A stretch of DNA of 64,000 nucleotides from Fimbriosthenelais zetlandica (GCA_977030845.1 OZ365116.1:21576001-21640000), one strand, 5' to 3'; positions 1 to 13,527 are shown, counted from the stretch's first letter. A program made the numbers and translations. Notes: a model not told the origin generated them from the sequence alone.

Positions 1-1940
1 ATGACTTTCATGTCTTATTTATAGAAGGTTTACCAAGTGCAGGCAAATCAAAAACATTGAAACTTCCTATTCAATTAGGTACAGGAGGAGGGTTGCATTT
101 TAGGAGGAAACCCAGAAACATTGATTTCTCTTTTTAGTTCAGAGTCAAAGCCTTTGGATTACAGTGTACTTTTGAAGGTTTAGTTTCACCACTTAGCAAA
201 GCTTGTATAGATTTTGCTTTTGATAATTATTTAGGCAAAGTGTATAGGAAGGATAACAGTTGGCTTCCTTAACTTTGACTGCTATAATTATGCCCAGGAA
301 ACTAGATGTAAGAGAGCAGATGGCAGTGTTTGATTGTCCTCAGTGCTCAGTGCTATATCTGTGAGTGTTGTAGCATATATATTGCATGCAGTTGAACCCA
401 TACAAAATCAGTCACGCAGGGCCAAAAGAATCCAAGTAGAGCTAGCTCATAATACATAAGATTCTAATAGTAAAACCATAGATATGAACCAGTTTCATTA
501 ACCACATTGTAGGAGTATTATACATAGAATTGTGTTTGTTCTTTTGTTCTGGCAATTCCACAAGTAGGCTAAATGGGAGGCGCTTCCCTTTGTGTTATAT
601 TTTCAGCAACTTCAAACACCACATGCACAGCCACGAAGTGCTGAATCAAAGGGAAACGTTGACTCGTGGTAAATAATGACAAGAGCTCAGCTGCCAAATA
701 AGGCTTTAGCTAGATACATAGCCGAATGAATTTCATCTTAAAGGCATTTGCAAATTAGTGCAACAAAGCAGTTACAACTTGTCTTTTTAATGATCGGATT
801 CTACTTCAGACGTGCCCTAAATTCCTTGCTTGCTGTAGCCTACCTATGCCATAATTTCTCATATTTATTTATGGCATTGTTTCAAGCTCATTATATACTG
901 TAAGAATGCCTTCAGATGGTCCCTTCATTTCCCCCAATCATTCCTTCAGTCAGTCATTGTCTCATGTAGGGTAGCCTCATCCTGTGTCTCTCCCCCTCAT
1001 CAAAACAAAGCCTAACCTCTCCCCTGATCTCTCTTCCACAAATAGCTCCATGCATCGATCTCTAAAACCATGCTTTCTGCGACACTGCGATGATAACGAC
1101 GAAACAGCGGGACCAACTGTCGCTAGCGACTTAGCAACTTAGACATTGTGTGATGGATGTGCTTTCTGAGCAACCCCTGCCATCCAAACCAATCACATTA
1201 AGCTGACCGCTTGAGACCCAAGAACTGGTCAGGGCAAAATGCGGTCAAGAGGAAAGGAAGCGCCTTCTCCTAATAATGGTTCTTCAGCTATACATTTATC
1301 TGCATCCTGGGCCATTTCACTAGTACAATTCTATAGAAGAGTTAATTGCCATCCCTCCTTTGAGGTTTGTTTACCTTCAATGGATAATAGGAAATAAAAG
1401 CATTAAGTACTACAGGCACAAGGATGGTTTGAATATTTTCGTGGTATAAAGTAGTATAGGGAAAGTGCTATTTGTTAATGGGAATAGAATGCATGCAGTA
1501 TACTGAAAGTGGCGAATGTTTCAGGGAATGACAGTTGGCATGAAGTGTTGTCATCAATCGTACTAAATAACACTTTATAAGTGAAGTCGATTATCGAAAA
1601 ATTTAACCCCCCAAAATTGATTTCCAGATGTATCCACATGGCTGGGCTTCTGCGGGCAAGATATATGGACTCATTGATTCAAAAGTAACTAAAGGATTTT
1701 ATCTACAGAGGGCAAATAATTAACGAGCCCACTCCTTTCAATTCCCGCTTTGTGTTGAGTTTGTCCCATGCCCCTGACAATCAAACTAATATTGATCTAC
1801 ATTTGCGGGGGCTTTTATATGGAGCGGCAGGCTATTACCCTCACCTCCCCCTGGTCAGCCATGTGTTCCGGCTGTTCCATTACATCCCACCACTTGACAT
1901 CCTGGTACTTCCATCTCCTGACCTCCACAGGTCAAACTGA

Positions 1941-2093
1941 CCAATCACAGTGATGCCATCTCCTCGGGTCATGTGACACTGAAGCCAGGAGCCAATGAAA
2001 TCACAGCACACAGTTGCAGGGCGTGGATCGGCCATGGGTAACCTCGTCATCCATTACCTCACGGTCTATAAAATAGCCGCAGTGCGCAGGCGC
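1941..2093 (+). promoter_or_regulatory. Pol II promoter-like cluster A
   Basis: CCAAT at 1941 and 1992, GC box GGGCGTGG at 2019, TATAAAA at 2067, NRF1-like TGCGCAGGCGC at 2083; locally CpG-rich. Confidence 0.4.
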
Positions 2094-2185
2094 CGGCCGC
2101 TTTGTCACCGGCAATGAGCGCCACTCACATATCATAAAGCTCCCAACATGTCTCATTGCGGGGAGAATTTTCCTTTTCTTTTCAG

Positions 2186-2230
2186 CAAGAAGTCAAGGCT
2201 TTCATACACGAGAAGCTTGAAAGACTATAG
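2186..2230 (+). CDS. Possible orphan terminal exon QEVKAFIHEKLERL*
   Basis: Strong polypyrimidine acceptor ttttccttttcttttcag| at 2185, followed by 14 codons and TAG; no upstream exon identified. Confidence 0.15.
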   Translation, partial: QEVKAFIHEKLERL

Positions 2231-2446
2231 CATGATTCAGACTCTATAGCAGACTCCATCCCAGCATCGTCTCCTGAGCTGCTCTTTATTAATGTTAAAC
2301 TCCTTGCTCCAGCTGAATGAATGTGAAATCATTTCCAACTTCACATTTCTATTCTGCCTTTACGTATATGGTTTAGTAATATTTATATCCCTGCCTGCCT
2401 TCATGGCTGGGGGAAGCCTCGTTTGTCAGTGGGAGGGCTTGATCTG

Positions 2447-2498
2447 CCAATAGGATCGCCGATGATTGGTGGCCGGGCGATTATCATCAGATATAAAA
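2447..2498 (+). promoter_or_regulatory. Pol II promoter-like cluster B
   Basis: CCAAT at 2447, ATTGG at 2465, TATAAAA at 2492. Confidence 0.3.
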
Positions 2499-3229
2499 TA
2501 GAGGGTGGAGGGAGCAGGGGTCTCGTTTGTTTGGATGACACGGCCATTTGTATGACACAGATAACTCTCCCACTGCTAGAGGGTGTGTGAGCGGAGGTGG
2601 GTTTAGAGGTGTTGATTCATGTCCTCCAATCCCCGGCACAATCCGCTTCGTACATTCGGTTTGGAATCATTTCTCATTGTTTGACTATAGTCTAAATACA
2701 TCTAGTATATGGTCAATATGATCTGAAGTTCCACTTAGAGATATCAATCATGACATGTTCTTCCCTATGGGCTAATATACTAGGAATATATATCAAGCAT
2801 TTAATCGTAAGAAGGAAATCACTTAAAGGAACAATTTCCTCCCGTCAATCCCTCTTAGATGGTCAGGCGCTTGGCCTTCAGCAATAAATTGTTATTATTC
2901 CCTTTTCTCCAGCACACTAAAAAGTACTTTGGGATCTAAAAATCCCCTAGAGTCCCAAAATCACGGTCGTTTTTCATTCGAGAAAATGAAATAATTGCCT
3001 TCTTCTCTTGGGGCTCTGGTAAAAAGGGCAAGTTTTAGGGTCATATAAATCCTTATTATCTACAAGGAGAGGACGAGGTAACCTAAACTTCCAACCCGGA
3101 ACACACATTTTCACCTTGTACCTTTGCCAAATAAATGAGCAGAGCTTTTATTTTTCGCCTGCTTCCAGTGATGAAATAATCAGAGGACAAAAATAAATAG
3201 TTTTAGCGCTCTGAGCAAGCATCTTTTTA

Positions 3230-3620
3230 AGGATGGCCGAGTCTCGTTTGCCAGTCACGTGGTCGTTAATTGGAAGCGGTGTGGAGGACGATAATTAACA
3301 GTAATCACCCGAGCTCGCTAATCTCCATGGTTACCGCGCAATGTCTCCTGGGAGATCCTCTCGCTTCCGTCACTCTTCCCCGCGTCTCAGACCCTGCTTT
3401 GGGATTGTTTTTTCATGAAATTATTTCTCTATTTGCTGTGTTGTCTGCGGACTTTCTGCCACCACTTTCTGTAGTTTTCCTCGCTCATCTCCACACTACT
3501 TTTGCATTCTTTGGATCTTTCCTGTTCCCATGGTAACCGGAGGATCACGAGATTCTGGTTTGTCCTGTGAAGCTCAGTTAAAGGTCAGATCCCTGCAAGA
3601 TCCAGGAGATGGCCGCAGCA
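3230..3620. promoter_or_regulatory. CpG-enriched promoter/first-exon-like region
   Basis: E-box GTCACGTGG near 3255, RFX X-box GTTCCCATGGTAAC at 3524-3537, YY1-like GATGGCCGC near 3608. Confidence 0.35.
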
Positions 3621-6600
3621 AAAGTAATTTGAAGTATCTAGTTTAGTCAAGAGTTCGGAAACATTTCTGTACCCAAAAGAATTGATGAAGTCTGCATGAA
3701 TTCATGGTTAAATAAGATGTATATTGCTATTCTCCTAGCTCAGGATTAACACCACCTTTCTGCACCTGGATCTGTTAACTTGGTCTCGTCAAGGCAGATA
3801 GGATGTTTTGTTAACGATGTCCTTAACTGTCTACTCCACACCTTAGGAAGCCTCTCGCCTAGTGTTAGATTCACCTAGCTCGTTCCTTCCTCTCTGTACA
3901 CACCGGGTCTAATTAATTAAGGGATGCTTGCTCTGGCAGGAGCGGCTGCCATGGTTTGACAGCTCAGTGTCTGTGGGTGACAGCTACCAGGGCTATAATA
4001 CGGCTTCTTGTCACTCTCTTATTGTCTATGCCGATCTCACCATCTCTCTCCTGTTTGGAGACCTCTTACCTTTCCTACTTAGCATGTTTTCCCTCCTCCT
4101 GCATGTCTCCAACTAATTGAGAATTAGTTTAATTGAAAATAAATTGGGCTCATATTGAGGCCTCAATAATTTAAGAATTTGCCTCATGATTGCCTCCAGT
4201 TTCAAAAATAGACACGGGCTACCCGAGCCCTTACCTCTACGTTAATAAATTGATGTCCTATTTCAGAAATCTGATACTGGTATACCTAGTGGTGAAAATG
4301 CCATTTTCTTGATTGAGAAGCACCATCCACACCAGGCAACAGACAGCAGCCAATATCTAATCACGGTTTCTCCATTTCCTATATATTTGCTCAGACATCA
4401 TCCTGTCTCTCTTATTGCTTTCGGCTTGTCTCATAAATGCTCGACCATTTTAGGCCTTCTAAGACGTACTTCAGTAAATTTACCCAGAAAAGTACTACAG
4501 TTTTCAAGGTTTTGAAGGTACTGATGTCTAGCTTGATCTTTTTTGCATTTTTTAATTCGCCAACTTCCACCGACCTTCATGATCGAAGATGACCATTAGC
4601 AAGCTGTCATATTATATATGAGTTAATATACAGATGGAGTATATGGCAGAACCTATGGCAGAAAGTCGAATACTGCTATTCCAAACAAAGCTTATAATGT
4701 AAAGGCCTCCTGTCGTCCAGACCAGAGAAGCCCAGCCGATGAGGACACAGCTGCCTAATGTTGCTAATTGAAGATTTCCCATGAAGGTACAATTCTACCT
4801 TTGACATGACCTGTGTGCAATGAATAATGGAAAGGAGATAAAAGTCATCCTAGACACAACAATCCGGGATTACAAGTAGAAAAAGCTGTACCTGAGTTGT
4901 GTGTTTGAATGCATTGTCCCTGAACTGTGACCCTCACAAATGTGCAAAGCTTAGGAGTCAGGGACATGCAAGTAGCACTGCTCAACCTTTCACCTATCAA
5001 GCTTTCTTATCTGTCTTGGGTATAGGAAAGAACAAAAGGCATGATAACAAGCCCTTTGTACTGGCTCTGAACTCTGGTGACATCTTCAGGTAATTCTGCT
5101 GTTTTCTGCACTCAGTCGACGTGACTTTCAACTGAGGAAATTTGAGTCGGGGAGATAAATGGTAACCGTTGTTGAGGACTTTGGTACGGGGGGATAAAGA
5201 TTAAGGGTGGAATGGCAGCAATGTAGATCGTGAGATGACGTATATTCGTAAGGCACCGGTAAGTGGGGAATTAGCAGAAGAAGAATTACAGCAGGTTTTA
5301 CACCAATTACTGTAATAAATGAACTGCTACTTTTAGGGGGAAGTTGAGCTAGTGACAGAGAGTCTTAGTTTCACCTGCATGTAAATTCAGATGAAGTTAC
5401 TTTGGCAAGCAATTCTTCATTTCAAAGTGAGGCAATAAAAAGTAGCAACTCCACTATGTTGGTAATTAATGGCTGCAAAGTACCAAAGAATTGTCTATAT
5501 AGTGAGAGATCCAAGCCCACATCAATTTTACACATGTGTAACGTACCATGCCTCATGTCTGAATGTTCTCTACATTGGTTTGTTAACCGCAGGCTGTTGG
5601 AGATAATTAGACGGGCAGGACCCGTGCCTTCCATTCATGCATACCATGGATCCATCCTACACAATGCTCACATTGCCTTACAACTGCATCATCCACTTCA
5701 CTGAACATTTTGTCTGATTTTGATGTAGAGATAAAGTTGATAAGGGACTGATAAGGACTGAGACAAGGAAGAATCGAGCTCAGAGAGAAGATGAGGCCTT
5801 GTTGGCGTTCTTTGTAGATATGCAAATTACATGAGAGGAGCAGGCCTGATCTGAGAATAGAAGAAGTGGGCCTCTCTAACGTTCAGTGAATTAATGGTGG
5901 GTGGAATGTGGTGATGAGTCCTTGCTTCTAATAAATGGCAGGGAGACGGTGAACCTGTTATACATACTACACAGCATTAACTCTGCAGGAAATTGCCATG
6001 GTGGGAGGAAAATTTGAAATGATTATATGATACTGATAACAGAGCATGGCGAGGTTCTCTGCGGGTTGAGCCATACATTCTTTTACTTGTTTTCGACAGG
6101 CAGTGAACTTGAACTTGTAATATATCCGAGGTGGAACTTTTCTGTAAAATTTTATCAGTAAAAGAATGCTTAGCCAAAGCCTGAACACTCATTCAACAAA
6201 GCGGGATTTTTCCATGGCTTGGGAAACTGACTCTGTCCCATCAGTGAGATTTGATGAACACCCTCAGTGCTTCATTCGGCGCAGCCATTGTCTGACTTGA
6301 TATGATTTAAGCACCCACCACTCACGTTGAATTATGATATCATATTGCAATCTAAGAAATCAACTGGAAATCGTGAATTGAATCCAAGCATATTTCACGG
6401 TCGAGAACCTGTGAGCTATGGGACAATTGAATAATTTATTGTCCTTCTATGCTGGATCCACAATCATATCAACTGTTTTGGACAAGAACTTGTTGTAGTT
6501 CCACTTTGATGAACTCAACTTTCAATGCATTCTCAATGAGCTTCTGAAGGTCTATGGAAGCAGATTTAATTCTCTTCACATTTCTTTGCTGATGGAAAAA

Positions 6601-9384
6601 GACAATGCATGGTTTGTGGTTCAAGATGCATGTCTTCGATTGGACTTTTAACATTATAGAGTTCATAGCCCCATCCCCTTCCTATCCAGATTTATATGGT
6701 TAAATATACAGTGACATTTTCAGTGGATTCAGAATCTATTGAATGTGTGTTCAGATTCTTTTGACAGGCAAGTCAAGGCATCTCTTTTTCAAGTCTTTGC
6801 TGAAGTGAAAGGTGTCTGAACTAATGTAATGAATCGTTATCTGCTCCCCTTACAAACCGGCTTTTTCTCTTCCTATCTCTCACACTGGCAAGCATTTTAA
6901 ACAAGCAGCATTCATTGACTATAATAGCTCAGGATCAAATTCTCTCTGCTTAATACCAAATATTGAAGTTCATGGCAAATATTTTAAATGGACCATGCTT
7001 TACTCCTTTGTACATTTGGACAGTCTGCACAAGTCCTCATAACATGTCTATAGGTCAAGAGTGAAAGTTGAAAAATCAGGAAGCATATCCTGCAAGTTAA
7101 TGAGCTTTCTGTTTGATAATTTAAAGCCCGGGATTGATCTACCTACATAATATCATACTATTTGGACCTCTTGTAGTCATACCCCTGGTAACCTCTATAC
7201 ATCTATCTGACACCTTCTGTTGGTAACCAAAAACACAGCTCACTTGCAGCTCCCAACTAGTCTCCCCTTTCCAACGTATGTGCCTCCCCTGTGAAGCCTC
7301 CTCTTTAGTTACAACAAAGCTTTTCGGGGAAACCTTCTTAGGGGTAATTTCCTGTGTGATGACAAGAACACAGGGACAGGACGTCACAAGTCTTGTCCTA
7401 TCTATATTACTGGAGGGGGACAGGCCTTTGAGGATTTTACCCAAGTAAAAATCTCAGAGAACGATGCTAATGAACAGTAAAGGGTCCCTGTTCGAATTCT
7501 TTGTGTACGCGGCAACGGGCCCGTTGCCAAAATCGAAGGATTGCTATAAGAAATTGGCTCAAAAGTCATTCTATGAAAAATTAATAAGGGACTGAGCAAA
7601 CACCTCACCTCACGGAATCACAGGATGTTTTAAGCCGAGAACAAAGGTCAGAGATCTTGAATCAGCTTACTGGAAAGTTTCTGGCTTTACTATACAGTAT
7701 ACAGTAAGCGAGCAAATGTTTCATCTTTTGGTCAGGAAGCCAAAGGAAGACCTGATTAGGTCTGTAATGCGTTTCTTTGTGATGCATTTCTCCTGAAAAA
7801 AGAAAAACATTTCTGGAAATGCAATTTGACGTCATGGGTAAAGCAGATCATTTCTGCAATATTTAGGCCTTTGTTTCTAAGTATTTGCACAGATCACAAG
7901 TTTCAAGGGGTTATCTTAGATCAGCTCCCCTTTTGCTGCATGACGAAATATGGACACTAATCGAGAGATCTTATTAGTCCAACATTTAACATTCTCTAAG
8001 GAATTCACTTGGCTTCACAAAGCAGCCTTTCAAATGGAGCTGATGGAGCGCCATCCAACGGCGTATTATGGAAGAGCAATCATCATTTCTTTTAACTGCC
8101 ACCACTATGATATGATCATGATATCTTCATGGCTGGCGCCAAATTCAGCCTCTATTGAATCGCTTTTCGCTCTTTGATAAAGCCCAAACCGTCCCTTTTC
8201 ATTGCTAGCTTGCCTCTACATCAAAGGCCCCTGCTATCGTCCAGCAGTGTCAATGCTAATGTCGCTGTCTCTGAATCCATCCTTTCCACTGCGGTAACTC
8301 TCAATAGTTTGAGATCCCAACACGACCCCCTCTGCTTCTTTCCCTGTGTTGCTTTTTAATGGATCGGAAAAATTGGACCGGGAAAAAACAAGCCAGGGTT
8401 GAAAGACAGATACACTGGGCATCCTTGGTCAAGACCTAGCGGTCTTTGAATAACCCATGCAAGACAGATCCACTTGTCGTGAATCACTGAGAATACTGGA
8501 TTCAACATATTGAAAAGGCTTAAAAGTTGTTCCAGAGATAGCAGATGACTTGTGGCGCTGAATAGCCTATCTATGTATTGTGATGAACAATCTGGCTCAG
8601 AAATCCCAACCTATTAAATGAGAGAACTGTCAGGCCACTAACGCCTCTCTCCATATTCATGTATTTGTAAAATCTTAAAGCGCTGCTTTAATGTATGTCA
8701 TGTTGATAATGCATGGACTTCATGGGTCTAGATACGGAAGGCGGTGGACGATAATCACACGAGATAAGCGACTCTTACCTCTGCCTTCTAGTTAAAGTAT
8801 GTCTCAAAACATGCCACCTTCCTTTAATTAACAGCCTCACTGCTTTGAGTCGTTGATTACATCTTAATTAAGCGAGTGGCAGTGTTATAGGCTTTTATAC
8901 AGAGGAAAGGCCTTCGGTTAAGAAAGTGCAATGCCCTGTAGATCTCAGTATTACATCAACATTTGCAATACTCGGGCAAAAATGCCCTTCAATTTGTACA
9001 GAGTCATATATGTTTGATTGCTCATGCGAGTTCATATTACACCAAAGAACCATTCTAGTTAACTTTAGGATCATAATGTACCCTATGTTTGAACCTCAAT
9101 CAGTGCGGAATATGGACGATAAAAGCACACCCAATTCAATTTGTCAATGTAAACATCCGACTACGTAAAATATGCAATTTTACGATGGAAGAGAATCACT
9201 CAAGTAATGTGAAGCTGCGAAGAATGCTGGGGGTAAACTTAACTTACGGGTGCAAGTCACTCAGGTGTATACAGCAAAGAACTATTTCTACCCGGCTCGA
9301 GCACTCTAGCAATCCCAAAGAGTTGATCTGGGTTATTATTAGATCTTCCAGATCTCGCAGGCATGAGAAGGCACGAGATTAGCT

Positions 9385-9453
9385 TGACCTTGACATCATG
9401 TGACCGGAAACAACCAATCATGGCCATTGACAGGCTTCGGGGGGCGCCTGCGC
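9385..9453. promoter_or_regulatory. Motif cluster (ERRE/SF1, ETS, CCAAT, NRF1-like)
   Basis: TGACCTTGA at 9385, CCGGAA at 9404, CCAAT at 9414, GCGCCTGCGC at 9444. Confidence 0.3.
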
Positions 9454-10833
9454 CAACATCACCATCAGGGGATTACGGGATATGAAAAATTCAATTTCAC
9501 CTTTGGGAAAAAAGTTGGGTCCCATCATGGACCATTATTGTCACTCCGTCTCCCCTGAAATGGATTTCATACAGGGACCAGGCAATATTTGCTGATCCTT
9601 AATTGCTTCTTGGCAAACTAGATCATGCATCAATATACTGACAAGTGACTTCAACTTATAACTCTTGATTTTCTTATATCCAAGCAGAAGTCTGAGGAGG
9701 AATACACACACCCCTGGCAATGGGAGCTGAGCCTGAGGCTGGGGCTGTCAAGGCTACTCCTTGACAATTCCCATGTGTATATAAGCACCTTATGGGTTAT
9801 TGCCTTTTCTTGCTTCTAAACCTCATCCATTTCAATCTATCGATCTTTTGATTGCTTCTGCATCACAGCATGGATTACCAGAAGGTTTCCTTTATAGAAT
9901 TCCCTTCAAGCTTTAAATTCTGTTAAGAAGTAATTCCATCATCTATGAAGGAAGTCGAGTGTTCACTTTAACTTTGCCCCATATCTTTTTTTGTATAAGT
10001 AATAACACACTTGAAGTGGTCCAAAATAATTGATTATTATAGGACGTCCCAGTGGTTATATGGGATAAGGGGACATATTGCACTTGCGAAATTCAGGAGC
10101 TTTTGGTGAAGTCGGAGAACTTGTTAAGAAATGGTGGGAAAATGGAAAAGAGACAGCCGAAGGTACATGAAGCCTGTGAGTAATGGGGAGAGGGAGTAAG
10201 AATGAACATGGAGGTCAGCTTGTGGTTGTGATATCTGGCGCTTGGTGGCCATTGTTGTCATGACAACCATCCATCACCACCATTAGAGCCATCTTATAAA
10301 CAAAGCCTGGTATTATGCCTTGAAGATTAGGTGAGGTATGGGCACAGGGGCCCTTCATAGATAGGGCAAGATGCATGAGATGTTTCTTAGCCAGTCGGTT
10401 GTTCTCTTTGTCTGGGGCAATATCTCAAGGCGATATAAGACCTCGCAATGACAGAGAAAAGTTTGAACTTCCTCTGAAAGATAACCATTATTTTCTAAGA
10501 TGCAAAGGGGAGTCAGATGTTTTCATCGAAACTGGGATACAAAAACCATGATAAAGTTTGCATAACGTCCCCCTTCACTTATTAAACAATTCGTTAATTA
10601 TCCCCAGGCATGTAATTACACGACTCTTTCCATGTATGGAAACGGAACCGGAAGTAAGAGGAACCGGAAGCAGTGGTGCCCCCTGCCAGAGGTGGAGAGA
10701 AGCGTCTCATCAGCTAGGATGAATCTTTGCCTTAAATTATCAACTCCTTCCTCTCGTGAATTAAACAACATAAGGAAGAGCGGGGCATTTCTCTCTGAGT
10801 TCATCAAGAACCAAGAGTCGGTGCTTTAACCAG

Positions 10834-10898
10834 CTTCAACATGCCAAAGACAGGAAATCTCTGTCCTCTCATTCCCCCACAAGTTAAATTATTCCTCA
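10834..10898 (+). CDS. Candidate stem-region exon of the transferase (…NLCPLIPPQVKLFL)
   Basis: CPLIPP resembles the C-P-x-x-P-P stem motif that precedes GP in GT7 enzymes. A phase-1 donor CA|gtaatt at 10898/9 would fit the phase-1 acceptor at 13295. The acceptor is weak and the spacing to GP is longer than usual. Confidence 0.2.
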
Positions 10899-13294
10899 GT
10901 AATTCCCCAAGTGCTCCACTGGAGAGATTACTAAAGGGACTATTTAACATTAATAGGTTTCAGACGTGAAGTGTATAAGTCCAGCAAATACCCTCAAAAA
11001 CCACCCACCATCCACGGCCCCAAAAGCAGAGGAAAAAATCCACCTAATCCCTCATTTCTCAACATCTTAATTCCCCTACAAACTGCCTCCCTCCTACATT
11101 GTCAGAATTGTTGAGCAATGACTCTGCTAATGCCAGTTTAGTCTTCCAGGTCCGCCTTTGGATTTAGCCTCTTTGCTGCCTCCATATTTGTCATCCACTA
11201 CCGCCCATCCGTCACCGACCGCTGTGCATCCATTATTTAAATCGGTGTGATCTTTAGTGCAGGAAGTAACTTTTTAACTCCTGCACACTTCCAACACAGA
11301 ATTAGTTATTGTGGGTGTCAACTTCACTAATGGAAACCAATGATTTACATAGCCTTTAACACATGTAATGTGCAAATAGACAATCTGCTGGTAAGCTCTA
11401 TATGTATCAAGGCTTGGCGTAATACTGAGGGCCCAGGAAATGAAAGCTATATGGATCCCCGTCAAAATACAAGCCAGTGAGGTACTTCAATCTCTGATCA
11501 TCTCTCAAGAGTGTTTCGGACCATAATTTCCCAGTACATGTATTATAAAGGCTGCAATGACCTTCCACTGTCTGTGGCATCAATATCTGGCATCATCATG
11601 ATATTTTAAGCCGGATTATTTGTTGGACCCACTCTTGTTCCATACGACACATCTTTTCCAATAGAAAGGTATAGTCACTTTGGCATCACATCACAAAGCA
11701 TGTGTCATGTAACAATGGAATTTGAAGGGGATTTCAATGCAGTGGCTGATCAGTGGCTGCCACTGCCTCTTTGCTTGTGTTGCCTATGTTACCATCTTGC
11801 TATAGAGCCTTGAGGAAGAATGGCCTGAAGTAAGATGGTAGCTGGCCTTTCACTGACACCAGACCTCACCCACACTCATTATCCTCATTACCCACCATGT
11901 GCCTGCTATATCACCACGTGGCCCATCGTGACCCAATTAATCCATCACCCAGGATGCAGTGCGGTCCACCGTGATGATAACACTGGGAGTCAGCAGGAGG
12001 CGCGGATGGCGGCACAGCTTTTGGCAGAGACAGATTCCTCAAGATGCCTCCCCAAAAAAGGACTTTCCCTCCTTAAGCCTTTCTGGTGTGGATGGATTGG
12101 GTGTCTTCAATTACCCTGTGTTAAAGCTGTTTCAGCCACAGATCTGCATGACTGCTGTGATGAGACATCACTGAGGTGGCTTCTATAAGGAAGGCTATAA
12201 GATATTGGACATCATCATTCATAGACACCCTCATGATTAGAATATGGTTGAGTTGCCCTGTTATAGAAGTATGGCCATAGCTAATACAGACACCGGGTCT
12301 GAAATAGACCTATGATAAAACATAAAGTAGCTATAAGCTTTAATCACAGAACCACTGAATACTATATTGAACCTTATCACCAAAAGATGAACTGATCACA
12401 AATGCTTCCATGAGTAATTCAGCAGCCATTAGTATTATGTCAAGGATGAAAAACCTGATGTTCTCTTGATCGATACTTTACATGTAGTCACCACATGAAA
12501 AATGTGAGGCCACCTGCCATGAATGCATCAAGTAAAAGAAAAATGAAGGAAACTCCATCCGGATATCGACTCAAACTAAAAGACTATTTGGAAGAGCTGG
12601 CGCTGTAATAATATTTATGCCTCAGGGTTCTACGGTGGCATTGACTTGTTGACAATCGTTTGTCAGGATCTGCAAAGCAAAGTGCCTTTGAAGCCGTGAC
12701 TCAGCATTAGGACGCAGTGTTTACCAATGCGGAGTGAGGTGGACAGGTTGGCACGTGCCCGCCTCATCACTGTAGGCGGCCACTGACTGCTTTATTGGTC
12801 CCCAGTGGTGACATTTGTGAAGGAAGCTCTCCTGAGATCTTATAGGCACTGGATCCACTACAGGCCTCAGCTGTCCAGATCTGTCATTGTCCTTCTCCAC
12901 CGAAACCAACTCACTGAGTCGTCAAAGGCTAGTCATCTGACCACTCTGAGGAGATGCATGCAAAAGAGGAACTATTGCTTTATTGTAATGAAAATGCTAA
13001 TAAATATTTCGGATATTCTTGGGGGCTAGGCATCCAAACTTGCGCCCTAAAATGGGTTATATGTCTCATAATGATCGACACATAATCCAAGATCAAACGA
13101 AACTTACCCGTATATAATGACTGACATCATGAGGAACTATCTTCCCCTTTCGATGTACTTTTCGGAAAAACATGAATATTGAATGAATACATGGATGAAT
13201 GAATGACTGAAAGGGAAAACTTGTATATAGTGTCCTTAGTGCCTAGTTAAAAGTTAAATTCAGCTCACTGAAGTTGTGATATTTGTCTTTTCAG

Positions 13295-13527
13295 ATGGTC
13301 CCTTGTCTGTGATATTCTCACCACCAGAATGGATTGAGCTTGAGAAGCATCACGTGGAGGTAGAATCTGGAGGTCATTGGTCGCCGTCAGAATGCTCGCC
13401 TCTACACAAGGTGGCGCTCGTCATTCCATTCCGGGACCGCGACCTTCACCTGCGAGTCTTCCTCCAGCATATACATCCCTTCCTGCAAAAACAATTATTA
13501 GATTATACTATATTTGTGGTAGAACAG
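13295..13527 (+). CDS. bre-4: B4GalNAcT/B4GALT-like exon (GPLSV...FVVEQ)
   Basis: Acceptor gtcttttcag|AT at 13294/5, donor CAG|gtacct at 13527/8; encodes VALVIPFRDR and HPFLQKQLLDY. Confidence 0.93.

Noticed and set aside
1307-1320. CTG-ggccatttcac, a Harbinger-like left end
   Set aside because: No matching right end nearby.
3270-3536. 88-aa hydrophobic ORF as the transferase membrane-anchor exon
   Set aside because: TTG start, ends in a stop, no usable donor, and it overlaps promoter-type motifs.
6469-6666. Open frames on both strands with protein-like composition
   Set aside because: No recognisable family and no coherent splice partners.
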